Under the pieces are notes generated by a model, which worked only from the letters and a program-made list of their open reading frames with translations, did not search any database and was not told the origin of the DNA. This document shows, piece after piece, positions 8,853 through 18,326 of a stretch of 64,000 nucleotides of DNA. The stretch lies in NCBI GenBank assembly GCA_015064885.1, contig SVRJ01000007.1:2883-66882 (forward strand). The letters are read 5' to 3'. Every line of letters begins with the position of its first letter. Position 1 is the first letter of the stretch. Source of the stretch: Oscillospiraceae bacterium (lineage in GTDB: Bacteria; Bacillota; Clostridia; Oscillospirales; CAG-272). Made by a program: the position numbers and the translations under genes.

Positions 8853-8861
8853 GGTGAAAAA

Positions 8862-9596
8862 ATGAATATCTCAAATGAATATCTGAAAAAGCTTTCGGCC
8901 CTTATAGACGAAGTAGCTGAAAAGGAAGAAAAAAATATAGACGCCGCAATCAAGGCCTGCTTTGAGTCTCTGAAAAACGGAAAGATGCTGTACACCTTCG
9001 GTACAGGTCATTCCCATCTTCTTGCCGAAGAGATATTTTACAGAGCGGGCGGGCTTGTAAGGGTGTATCCTATACTTGATGAAGGATTGATGCTTCATGC
9101 GGGAGCGGCAAAGAGTACAACTCTTGAAAGACTTGAGGGCTATGCCGGGGTGCTTGCCGAGCATTATGCGCTCGAAGAGGGAAGCACGCTTCTTATCTTT
9201 TCAAATTCGGGAAGAAATGCCGTTACCGTAGAAATGGTCCTTGAAGCGAAGAAGAGAGGACTTACCGTAATCGCAATAACAAACATGACTCATACGTCTG
9301 CCGCAGCATCCAGACACAGCTCGGGGAAAAAGCTTTGCGACGTTGCGGATATCGTAATTGATAATCACGGATGCTACGGAGACGCTTCGATGGAGATCGG
9401 AGAGCTTCGCGTGTCACCTACCTCGACGTCTGTCGGGGCGGCTATCCTTCAAGCGATAGTGTGCGGAGTTGTAAAGGCGGCAAGCGAAGAAGGCGTAGAT
9501 ATTGAAGTCTTTTCAAGCAGTAATATAGACGGGGGAGACGCTATCAATCAAGCACATATCAATAATTTCACGGAAAAAATAAGACCTCTTTGGTGA
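8862..9596 (+). CDS. SIS-domain sugar isomerase-like protein
   Basis: FGTGHSHLLAEEIFYRAGGL, SNSGRN, DIVIDN, PTST. Confidence 0.85.
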   Translation: MNISNEYLKKLSALIDEVAEKEEKNIDAAIKACFESLKNGKMLYTFGTGHSHLLAEEIFYRAGGLVRVYPILDEGLMLHAGAAKSTTLERLEGYAGVLAEHYALEEGSTLLIFSNSGRNAVTVEMVLEAKKRGLTVIAITNMTHTSAAASRHSSGKKLCDVADIVIDNHGCYGDASMEIGELRVSPTSTSVGAAILQAIVCGVVKAASEEGVDIEVFSSSNIDGGDAINQAHINNFTEKIRPLW

Positions 9597-9618
9597 AGCA
9601 TGAAGAAAGGAAAACGAA

Positions 9619-10947
9619 ATGGAAAAAACGAAATTACTTTGCGGATATGCAGATATGGAGATAACCCCGAAAAGACATGTTTATCTTGACGGATTTGCCG
9701 CAAGAAGCGAACCGTCGGTGGGGGTAAGAGATCCTCTTTATGCGAAGGCTCTTATGCTGAAGGATGCTTTCGGTACAGAATGCCTGATCCTTGTTTTTGA
9801 CGTTCTTGGATTTGATGCCTGTCTTTCGAAAAAAATAAGAGACGCGGCATTATCAGCGTCAGGTCTTTCCGACGAAAACATTATGATACTTTCCACACAC
9901 ACTCACTCGGGACTTGCATCGGGGGGGCTGTATGCACTTCCTAAGGACGAAGAGCATTGGACTGACGTAGTTTGCCGCATCGGAGACCTTGTTGACAGAG
10001 CGAGAAAAGATCAAAGAGAAGTATCACTGAGTCTTGACGAGGCTGAGATAAAGATAGGAATGAACCGCCGCGCTATTGTGGACGGTAAGGTCGTTATAGG
10101 AATGAATCCTGATAAAATGAGAGACGATTCGCTTCGTATCCTCAGCTTTTCTTCGGGAGATAAGACTGTAGGAGCGCTTGCCAATACCTCCTGCCACCCT
10201 GTAAATCTTTCCGCCGCAAACATGCGTGTATCTGCCGATTATCCCTCCGCGCTTCACGCATATGCAAGGGAGAAAGAAGATTTCTTTGCAATTTTCACTA
10301 ACAGTGCTTGTGGAAATATCAACCCTCTGCGCCCGTACGGCGATGACGAGGAAGCAAACGTCACTGCGTGCGGAAACGAGGTCGTAAAAACACTCGAGAA
10401 CGTTCTTATGAAAAACGCGGGCAAGACGTCCTCGTATATTAAGATAAGCTGCTATGCAAAGGATGCGCTTCTTCCTCTTCAAAGAACGTATGATGAGTCT
10501 ACACTTAAAGAGAAATATGAATATTGGAACCACCGCAAGCTTAACGATACGGATAAAAACAGCGTTTACAGAGCAACGGTGTATTCTAATTGGTACGCTA
10601 TACAGCTCGCGGAAATAGCAGAGAATAAAGATCCGTCGGTAAATGCAAGAGTCCGTCTGTTTGAGCTTGGAGACGTTGCAATACTCTCACTTCCGTTTGA
10701 GACTTTTGTTGAGACCAGGAAGGCACTTTGTGACGCATATACTGAGATAACGGGTAAGAGACTTATCGTTTGCGGATGTGCGGACAGAGTTTTCGCATAT
10801 CTGCCCGATCCCTTATCGCTTTCAGAGGGCGGATACGAGACAGAAGGCGCGTGCGCATGGTACGCAGTTCCGGGAAAATATACACAAAATTCAGAGCCGG
10901 CACTTGTTTTTGCGTGCAAAGAGCTTTTTGCCGAGACGGTAAAATAA
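9619..10947 (+). CDS. Neutral/alkaline ceramidase-like metallo-amidohydrolase
   Basis: DITP-like start, RDPLYAKAL, THTHSG, CHP, SADYP, GNINP, LPFE, YLP..GGYE; no signal peptide. Confidence 0.75.
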   Translation: MEKTKLLCGYADMEITPKRHVYLDGFAARSEPSVGVRDPLYAKALMLKDAFGTECLILVFDVLGFDACLSKKIRDAALSASGLSDENIMILSTHTHSGLASGGLYALPKDEEHWTDVVCRIGDLVDRARKDQREVSLSLDEAEIKIGMNRRAIVDGKVVIGMNPDKMRDDSLRILSFSSGDKTVGALANTSCHPVNLSAANMRVSADYPSALHAYAREKEDFFAIFTNSACGNINPLRPYGDDEEANVTACGNEVVKTLENVLMKNAGKTSSYIKISCYAKDALLPLQRTYDESTLKEKYEYWNHRKLNDTDKNSVYRATVYSNWYAIQLAEIAENKDPSVNARVRLFELGDVAILSLPFETFVETRKALCDAYTEITGKRLIVCGCADRVFAYLPDPLSLSEGGYETEGACAWYAVPGKYTQNSEPALVFACKELFAETVK

Positions 10948-10951
10948 CAGT

Positions 10952-11899
10952 ATGAGAAAATATTACGTAGGAATAGACGGCGGCGGAACCTATACGAAGG
11001 CGGTCGTCGTATCACGCGACGGTGAGCTTATATTCCGTACCGCAGGGGAAACCGTAAATTTTTGTGCCGTAAGATTTGATACCGCACGAAAAAATCTTGA
11101 GGACGTGATCACCCGTATAACCGAGGTGATCCCGGAGGAAGAGATCGCACACGTTTTTATCGGCTGTTCGGCTCTTGAATCAAAGGCGGATGCTGATACT
11201 ACGAAAAGGCTTATGGGCAGATATTCAAATATATCCGCCGATATGGACAGTGACCTGTACGTTGCGCTCTACGGACATTCCTTTGGAAAGCAGGGAGCGA
11301 TGATAGTAAGCGGGACCGGCTCTATGGGCGTCGCTATTACCGAAAACGGCTCGATCATAACGTGCGGTGGCTGGGGATATGCCTTCGGAGACGAAGGAAG
11401 CGCATATTATATTGCGGTGGAAGGTCTCAGATACGCTTCTAAAATGGCGGACGGCAGAGAAGAGAAAACAAAGCTTTACTATGCCGCACTCAAGCATTAC
11501 GGAGTGGACGACCTCTATAAAATAATAGATGCTCTATATCTTCCCGAATACTCAAGAAATAAGGTTGCGGACTTTTCCAAGGTAGTGGCACAGTGCGCAG
11601 ATGAGGGAGACAGCATATGCGAGAGCATTCTTGATAATGCCGCGCGAGAGCTGTGCTCGCTTTCTTCCGCACTTTTGCGCCGATCCGGAAAATATGATAC
11701 TATCGCAGTATACGGCGGAGTCCTTCAGAACAACCGATACGTTCTTTCAAGGCTTACCGAGTACCTTTCAGAAGAATTCCCCGGAATATCTGTAGTACCT
11801 CCCGCAGCACTGCCGGAGTTCGGAGCTGTGGCGGCGGCTATGAACGCTGACGGAATACTTAACGAGACTTTAATAAAAAAACTTTGTATACTAAAATAA
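10952..11899 (+). CDS. BadF/BadG/BcrA/BcrD-type N-acetylglucosamine/MurNAc kinase-like protein
   Basis: GIDGGGTYT, SGTGS, GGWGYAFGDEGSAY, GGV. Confidence 0.85.
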   Translation: MRKYYVGIDGGGTYTKAVVVSRDGELIFRTAGETVNFCAVRFDTARKNLEDVITRITEVIPEEEIAHVFIGCSALESKADADTTKRLMGRYSNISADMDSDLYVALYGHSFGKQGAMIVSGTGSMGVAITENGSIITCGGWGYAFGDEGSAYYIAVEGLRYASKMADGREEKTKLYYAALKHYGVDDLYKIIDALYLPEYSRNKVADFSKVVAQCADEGDSICESILDNAARELCSLSSALLRRSGKYDTIAVYGGVLQNNRYVLSRLTEYLSEEFPGISVVPPAALPEFGAVAAAMNADGILNETLIKKLCILK

Positions 11900-11926
11900 C
11901 TAAAAAACAAATACAAGGAGATTGAT

Positions 11927-13510
11927 ATGAGATACGTATATCCTAAACTCAAAAAGATCGACAGCAGAGACGGAGAGTGCCTCTGCAGGGTAAAGCTTTC
12001 AGGCGATATCGAAAGAATAGCAAAGCAGGTCGGACTTGACTTCGGTACTCACGATACTCCCACCCACACGCTTACACTTGAACCTCTTTCCGCATACGGT
12101 GAGAGCGTGTATTCAAACGAGCAGTTCGCTGCCGCAATAACCGAGAATACAATAACCTTGTATGCCGATACGGAAAGAACGGCTTCATACGCACTTAAGC
12201 GCGTATATGAAATGCAAAAATACGGTAAGATAAAGATGGGTAAGTTCAGAGACTGGCCCTCTACTCCCAGACGAGGAATAATCGAAGGCTTTTACGGAAA
12301 GCCTTGGTCGCTTGAGCAGGAGGTAGACGCTATACATAACCTTTGGGAAAACGGAATGAATACGTATATTTACAGCCCGAAGGACGACGAGTACCACAGA
12401 GCAAAATGGAGCGAGCTCTATCCTGAAGATAAGCTTACAAATCTTCTCACACTTCTTCACACGTGTGATAAGAACTACGTTGATTTCTATTATATGCTAG
12501 CACCGGGTCTTTCAATAAAATATTCTTCCGAATCTGATTTCGATCTTCTTATGAGGAAGTACCGTCAGATATACGATCTCGGTGTCCGCCACCTCGGACT
12601 CCTTCTTGACGATATTCCGAAAGAGCTTATTCACGATGAGGATAAAGAGAAATATACCGATTACTGCGAGGCGCATATAGAACTTTGTCTTAAGGCTTAT
12701 AACGCGCTCAAGGAGATAGATCCCACAGTTTCCTTTACGATCTGCCCCACTGTCTATAGAGGCGATACCGCTCAGGATTATATAGTGCGTATGGGAAAGG
12801 CTATGCCCGAGGACGTATCTATTTTCTGGACAGGACCTGCAGTATGCTCGTTTGACCTTACGGAAAATCATACTGCGGCATTTCTTAAAAACACGGGACA
12901 CAGACCGTTATATTGGGATAACTATCCCGTTAACGACTATACAATGCTTCATGAAATGCATATCGAGCCGATACGCTTCAGAGATTACGGCCTTGCCAAG
13001 CTTTCGGACGGAGTTATAGCTAACGTTATGGAGTACATGGAAGCCTCGATGCTCTCTGTTATTACGTACGCCCACTTCCTTTGGGAGCCCAACGCATACG
13101 ATCAGAACAGGAGCTACAGTGAAGCTATCGAGCAGCGTCTCGGCACAAGCTCTGTTATAGGTGCGCAGATATTTATGGAATTCTGCTATAAGTCTTATAT
13201 CAGCTACCACTATAATGAAAAATTCAGCCGCCTCCTTCTTATGAAAGATACTCCTTGTGACATTCTTACCGAATACGCACGCTACTGTAAGCTTGAGCTC
13301 GTCAGACTCAGAGACAACTGTGAGAACAGAGCCTTCGTAAAGGAAGTCGGACGCTGGCTTGATAAGGCGATCCTCTTCTGTGATATAGTATGCGGCTTCT
13401 GCGATAAGAACAAAGACCGCGCAAAGCTCAGGGAGGAGCTTGAGGCATACCTTGCAGATCCTACCGAGATATGCAGATTTGAGGCAGAGCTCATGCTTGA
13501 AAAAATATGA
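11927..13510 (+). CDS. GH84 beta-N-acetylglucosaminidase (O-GlcNAcase-like), no signal peptide
   Basis: RGIIEGFYGKPWS, YIYSPKDD, catalytic LLLDDI, FWTG, WDNYPVND. Confidence 0.9.
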   Translation: MRYVYPKLKKIDSRDGECLCRVKLSGDIERIAKQVGLDFGTHDTPTHTLTLEPLSAYGESVYSNEQFAAAITENTITLYADTERTASYALKRVYEMQKYGKIKMGKFRDWPSTPRRGIIEGFYGKPWSLEQEVDAIHNLWENGMNTYIYSPKDDEYHRAKWSELYPEDKLTNLLTLLHTCDKNYVDFYYMLAPGLSIKYSSESDFDLLMRKYRQIYDLGVRHLGLLLDDIPKELIHDEDKEKYTDYCEAHIELCLKAYNALKEIDPTVSFTICPTVYRGDTAQDYIVRMGKAMPEDVSIFWTGPAVCSFDLTENHTAAFLKNTGHRPLYWDNYPVNDYTMLHEMHIEPIRFRDYGLAKLSDGVIANVMEYMEASMLSVITYAHFLWEPNAYDQNRSYSEAIEQRLGTSSVIGAQIFMEFCYKSYISYHYNEKFSRLLLMKDTPCDILTEYARYCKLELVRLRDNCENRAFVKEVGRWLDKAILFCDIVCGFCDKNKDRAKLREELEAYLADPTEICRFEAELMLEKI

Positions 13511-13528
13511 TCGGAGTGAAATGTAAAT

Positions 13529-14494
13529 ATGGAATTTGACGTGAAAAACGTAAAAAGATTCGGTGCTGTAGGAAGCGGAAGCGGGGACGATACTGCCGCA
13601 ATACAGGACGCACTTGATTCTTTGAAGGATAGCGGAGGAACCGTTTTCTTTCCGGCAGGTGTATACCCGATAAGTAAGTGCTTGCTTTACTACTCAAATC
13701 AGCGTCTCATATTTGAAAACGGAGCGGTCCTCATGCGTGCTAATGACAAAATGATGTATATTCTTGCAAACAGTACGACGTCGGATCAGGGCGGATACAG
13801 CGCGACGCATAACATTGATATCATAGGAGCAACCTTTGACGGAAACGCGGAGATAGACTATAAAGCCACTCTCCTAAATAATAGCCATATGTCAGACCTC
13901 AGAGTGAAAAACTGCAAGTTCAGAAACGGTCATACCTGGCATTTTTATGAGTGTAACAGCAGCAAATACGTACATGTAGACGGATGTATTTTTGAAAATT
14001 CGATGAGAGGTACAGTCAAGTCAGAATACATACAGCTTGACAGCGCGCTTATCGGAGCGTACGGAACTACACCTATAGCTCCCGACGATACCGTCTGCTC
14101 GTATATAACTATAAGTAATTGCAGATTTGAGTGCTCCGGCTTTTCTCCCGCGATCGGAAACCACTCGCACAAAACACATAACAATATCAAGATATATTCG
14201 AATAGCTTTATCGGAGGATCGGGAAACAGAGGTAATATAGATCTTATGTCTACCGTTCACTCGCTCGATATCTACGGAAATTCTTTTGAAAATGCGGATA
14301 AGGGCGTATGGCATACAGATGACCTGCCAGCACCTAAGGATGAAGCGGAAAGGAAAAAATACTTCCAGGACAAGGTCGTATACGACAGAGAGAGACCTTG
14401 GTTTGTCCACGGAAACAGATTTACAAACGTAAATACCGTTTGCGCAGATGACGTAGTGTCGTTCGGAAATATACTCAACGGAAAACAAATATAA
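13529..14494 (+). CDS. Right-handed parallel beta-helix protein (pectate lyase-3 / GH28-like N-terminus)
   Basis: NVKRFGAVGSGSGDDTAAIQDALD..GGTVFFPAGVY and repeated V/I-x-NC-x-F rungs. Confidence 0.8.
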   Translation: MEFDVKNVKRFGAVGSGSGDDTAAIQDALDSLKDSGGTVFFPAGVYPISKCLLYYSNQRLIFENGAVLMRANDKMMYILANSTTSDQGGYSATHNIDIIGATFDGNAEIDYKATLLNNSHMSDLRVKNCKFRNGHTWHFYECNSSKYVHVDGCIFENSMRGTVKSEYIQLDSALIGAYGTTPIAPDDTVCSYITISNCRFECSGFSPAIGNHSHKTHNNIKIYSNSFIGGSGNRGNIDLMSTVHSLDIYGNSFENADKGVWHTDDLPAPKDEAERKKYFQDKVVYDRERPWFVHGNRFTNVNTVCADDVVSFGNILNGKQI

Positions 14495-14497
14495 AAA

Positions 14498-14531
14498 ATA
14501 CCGCCGAGGCAAGAAAAAGTCTCGGCGGTAA
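14498..14531 (+). terminator. Stem-loop after the beta-helix gene (weak U tract)
   Basis: TACCGCCGAG...CTCGGCGGTA inverted repeat. Confidence 0.5.
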
Positions 14532-14549
14532 TTAAAAGTGAGGAAATAA

Positions 14550-15767
14550 ATGAAATACGATTTTATAACCGTTATGGACAGAAGAGGAAAGGATTCTGTG
14601 GCAGCAGACCTGAATGCATGGACCGGATCTATTGTCGAGGGTAAGAGGAGAGAAGGCTTTGATACTATCCCGATGTGGGTCGCAGATATGAACTTTCCTA
14701 CCGCACCGTCTGTAACAGACGCAATGATCGAGCGAACAAAACATCCTGCGTTCGGATATTTTTTTCCGCGCAAGGAATACTATGACTCGATAATAGAATG
14801 GCATAGAACACGCAACGGCGTTGAAGGCATCCTTCCCGAGCATATAGGTTACGAGAACGGAGTTCTCGGAGGTGTTCTCAGCGCGCTTAATATTATGACG
14901 TCAAAGGGAGGAAACGTCCTTCTTCATTCTCCGACTTACGTAGGTTTTACGGGAAGTCTTCAGAATAACGGATATAATATAATCCACTCTCCACTTGTTC
15001 TCGATGAAAACGGTGTATACCGTATGGATTTTGAGGATATGGAGAGAAAGATAATATGCAATAACATACATAGCGCAATATTCTGCTCTCCTCATAATCC
15101 CTGCGGCAGAGTGTGGGAGAGATGGGAGATAGAAAAGGCTATGGAGCTGTTCAAAAAGCACGAGGTTTTTGTAGTGTCTGACGAGATCTGGTCTGATCTT
15201 ATCCTTTACGGAAATAAGCATATTCCCACTCAGTCGATATCCGAGGATGCTAAAAACAGAACTGTAGCAATGTATGCTCCGTCAAAGACCTTCAATCTTG
15301 CGGGGCTTGTGGGAAGCTATCATATAATCTACAACAAATATCTCCGTGACAGAGTAAGAAAGGAATCCTCTCTTTCTCACTATAATGAGATGAACGTTCT
15401 GTCAATGCACGCTCTTATAGGTGCCTACTCAAAAGAGGGCGGAGAATGGGTGGACGAGCTTTGCTTTGTTCTCGGTGAAAATATTAACTACGCATGTGAT
15501 TATATAGACAAGCACTTTGAGGGAGTCAGATATTCAAAGCCGCAAGGAACGTACATGCTCTTCCTTGACTGTACCGAATGGTGCGCCAAGCATAAAAAGA
15601 CGGTAGAGGAGGTCCAGAGAGCAGGCGTGGAGGTAGGAGTAATATGGCAGGACGGAAGAGCCTTCCACGGCCCTTGCCATATCAGAATGAATCTTGCTCT
15701 TCCGCTTTCAAGAGTGAAGGAAGCGTTCGACAGGCTTGACAAATACGTTTTTAACTGTGATAAATAA
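14550..15767 (+). CDS. PatB/MalY-family PLP-dependent C-S lyase
   Basis: PMWVADMNF, CSPHNPCGRVW, SDEIW, PSKTFNLAG, RMNLA. Confidence 0.9.
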   Translation: MKYDFITVMDRRGKDSVAADLNAWTGSIVEGKRREGFDTIPMWVADMNFPTAPSVTDAMIERTKHPAFGYFFPRKEYYDSIIEWHRTRNGVEGILPEHIGYENGVLGGVLSALNIMTSKGGNVLLHSPTYVGFTGSLQNNGYNIIHSPLVLDENGVYRMDFEDMERKIICNNIHSAIFCSPHNPCGRVWERWEIEKAMELFKKHEVFVVSDEIWSDLILYGNKHIPTQSISEDAKNRTVAMYAPSKTFNLAGLVGSYHIIYNKYLRDRVRKESSLSHYNEMNVLSMHALIGAYSKEGGEWVDELCFVLGENINYACDYIDKHFEGVRYSKPQGTYMLFLDCTEWCAKHKKTVEEVQRAGVEVGVIWQDGRAFHGPCHIRMNLALPLSRVKEAFDRLDKYVFNCDK

Positions 15768-15771
15768 AAAA

Positions 15772-15809
15772 GAGGAGACGGCGCCGTTAACCGATCACGC
15801 CGTCTCCTC
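15772..15809. terminator. Terminator hairpin between convergent genes
   Basis: GAGGAGACGGCG...CGCCGTCTCCTC with an A run on the left. Confidence 0.7.
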
Positions 15810-15853
15810 AATAAATTTACTTTTTTCGGTCTGTGCCCTGCACGGCCGCTTTT

Positions 15854-16813
15854 TTATTTTATAAGCTCGAGTATCTCAGCTTTACTTGGCATTACCTTTA
15901 GCGCTCCCTTTCTCGTTGTGATGATAGAAGCTCCGGCATTTGCAAAGGTCAGAAGGGATAAAAGCTTATCCTCGGTTAAATCATCCACACTGTTTTCGAG
16001 AAGAAAACTCAGCGCACATCCCATAAAAGTGTCGCCTGCGCCTGTTTTTTCTATAGCCTTTAGGTCGGTGAATGCGGGCACATCAACGCGGATATTTTTG
16101 AAATATGCTCTGCTTCCGTCCTTGCCGAGTGTCAAGAGGAGAAGCTTTATGTTTGGAAAGCTTTCACGCAGAATGTTTGCCGCTGCATCAAGATCTGCAC
16201 ATCCCGTAACGAATTCAAGCTCATTATCCGATATTTTAAGCACGTCGCATTTTGACAGCCCGTATTCTATCTCGTTTCCGGCGTCGTCAAGAGAATTCCA
16301 CAGAGATTCCCTCAGATTCGGATCGAAGGATACGGTAACACCGTTTTCTTTGGCTATATTTATCGCATACCTTGTAGCCTCTCTGCAGTTTGTGTGAGTG
16401 GAGGAGAGAGTTCCAAAGTGGAATATCTTCGACGATAGTATCAGCTCCTCTTTTACGTCCTCCTTGGAGAGCATCATATCCGCTCCCGGGTCTCTGTAAA
16501 AGCTGAATTCACGCTCACCCTCATCCAGAGTGTGCACGAACGCAAGCGTAGTACGCGCGGCTTTGTCAAATATCAGACCCTCGGTATTTATTCCGCAATC
16601 GCTCACCGTTGCGGCAAGCATCCTTCCGAAAATATCGTCTCCGACTTTTCCGATAAAGGCGGTCTTTTTACCGAGTCTTGAAAGCATGGAAAGAACGTTG
16701 CACGGCGCACCGCCGGGATTTGCCTCGAACTCAAGATTTCCCTGTACGCTTACACCGCTTTCTGTGAAATCTATAAGTAACTCTCCGAGAGCCGTAACGT
16801 CAAAACGTTTCAT
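15854..16813 (-). CDS. PfkB-family carbohydrate kinase (fructokinase-like)
   Basis: GELLIDF, PGGAPCNV, FDPNLR, TGAGDTFMG. Confidence 0.9.
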   Translation of the reverse strand: MKRFDVTALGELLIDFTESGVSVQGNLEFEANPGGAPCNVLSMLSRLGKKTAFIGKVGDDIFGRMLAATVSDCGINTEGLIFDKAARTTLAFVHTLDEGEREFSFYRDPGADMMLSKEDVKEELILSSKIFHFGTLSSTHTNCREATRYAINIAKENGVTVSFDPNLRESLWNSLDDAGNEIEYGLSKCDVLKISDNELEFVTGCADLDAAANILRESFPNIKLLLLTLGKDGSRAYFKNIRVDVPAFTDLKAIEKTGAGDTFMGCALSFLLENSVDDLTEDKLLSLLTFANAGASIITTRKGALKVMPSKAEILELIK

Positions 16814-16833
16814 AATTTGTCTCCGTTTGTTTT

Positions 16834-18117
16834 TTAGTTCTTTTTCGGAACGGTTGCCCCGAGTGCCGAAAGATCATCCTTCAGTTCATTGATATTTATA
16901 TTTCCTACGTCAAGGTTCCTTTTGGAAGCTATTGCGGCGGCGACTCCGGCAGCGGTTCCCATAGCCATGCACGACGCTTGAACTCTTACCGCGCTGTTGG
17001 TATCCGAGTCGCTCGATACGGTACGCCCCGCAACGAGAATATGTCTTGATCCCCTTGGTATCATTGCGCTGTACGGAAGAGTGGGAACTACACCCTCTTC
17101 AAAATATACGTTGTGTATTCCGTCAAGCCTGTGTGCGTCTACAGGATAGAAGCAGTAGCATACCGCATCATCGTAAACGTATCCCGATATGAATTTATCT
17201 ACAGTCATCGTGGTCTCTCCCACTATTCTGCAGGTCTCACGGATACCGCATTCCGCGGCAAAGATCTTTACCTTGATATTTTCGCATCCGGGAACGGTTC
17301 TGTATACCTCAAGCATTCTCGCAAGCACCTCGTGACCTTCAAGCTCCATTGCGGTCTTTTCCGCAGAGCTTTCCGCACCGGGGCAGGGAATATGCATATC
17401 TATCTTCCTTCTCTTCAGCATTACGTACGGACTCTTCCAACTGAAAAGAACCGGATCGAGATATCCTTCATCGAATGCTTTGGAAAAAGCTTTGTCAACG
17501 TCCTCTTCTTTTATATCTTCGAATATATATCCGTCAAGCCTGTTTGCATATGTAGCCGGCTGAAGCACCTCGCCGCGCACTCTCTCATATCCGAGCATGC
17601 CTGCAATATTCGCGTCTCCGGTAGCATCGATGACCTTTTTTGCTCTTATGCCCGTCATACCCTCCTTGCCGGTTATAACAAGCGTAACACCGTCATCATC
17701 CTCACGCGCAAAGGATACCATACTGTGCATAAGGATATGTACACCCGAGCTTTTGCACGTGCGCTCCATTTCAACTGCAAGCAGAAACGGATCCGTCTGT
17801 ATCTGCTGAGATGAAGTTCTCTTTGGCGCATATTCATTTTTTGGCATTTTTACAGCGCCTATTTTGTCAAGACGCAAAAACATATCCCAACACGGACCCG
17901 TGACCAGCTGTCTTCCCCAAAAGTGAAATATTCCGGGATAGCATACGTATGCGGACGTGGAGGTTCCGCCGAGCATACCGTTTTTTTCTACGAGAATAGT
18001 ATTTGCACCCGAGCGCGCCGCGGCATCCGCAGCAAAAACACCTGCACTTCCGCCGCCGATAACGGCAACGTCATATTCTTTTTCAATGCTTACGTTCAGA
18101 TCAAGAAGTTTCTTCAT
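16834..18117 (-). CDS. FAD-dependent oxidoreductase
   Basis: VIGGGSAG, LGGTST, IDATGDA, GIRETCRI, VAGR..S..RVQASCMAMG. Confidence 0.85.
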   Translation of the reverse strand: MKKLLDLNVSIEKEYDVAVIGGGSAGVFAADAAARSGANTILVEKNGMLGGTSTSAYVCYPGIFHFWGRQLVTGPCWDMFLRLDKIGAVKMPKNEYAPKRTSSQQIQTDPFLLAVEMERTCKSSGVHILMHSMVSFAREDDDGVTLVITGKEGMTGIRAKKVIDATGDANIAGMLGYERVRGEVLQPATYANRLDGYIFEDIKEEDVDKAFSKAFDEGYLDPVLFSWKSPYVMLKRRKIDMHIPCPGAESSAEKTAMELEGHEVLARMLEVYRTVPGCENIKVKIFAAECGIRETCRIVGETTMTVDKFISGYVYDDAVCYCFYPVDAHRLDGIHNVYFEEGVVPTLPYSAMIPRGSRHILVAGRTVSSDSDTNSAVRVQASCMAMGTAAGVAAAIASKRNLDVGNININELKDDLSALGATVPKKN

Positions 18118-18152
18118 TTCTTTTCTCCTTTACAGATATATGGATTGTAATA

Positions 18153-18282
18153 ATTATATACTTTTTTTGTTATTTTGTCAATAGCATAATATCATCTTTT
18201 TAAAAGAAACGGACATAAGCCAAAAAAGCAATGCCAATATTCATAATTAGTTCTTGACAATTTTCCTCTTGTGTGTTATAAT
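18153..18282. promoter_or_regulatory. Divergent sigmaA promoters
   Basis: Minus TTGACA-17-TATAAT at 18153-18181; plus TTGACA-17-TATAAT at 18254-18282. Confidence 0.7.
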
Positions 18283-18326
18283 TAAAACAGAAGTGCCAAG
18301 GCACGTTATAAGCGAAAGGAGAACGC

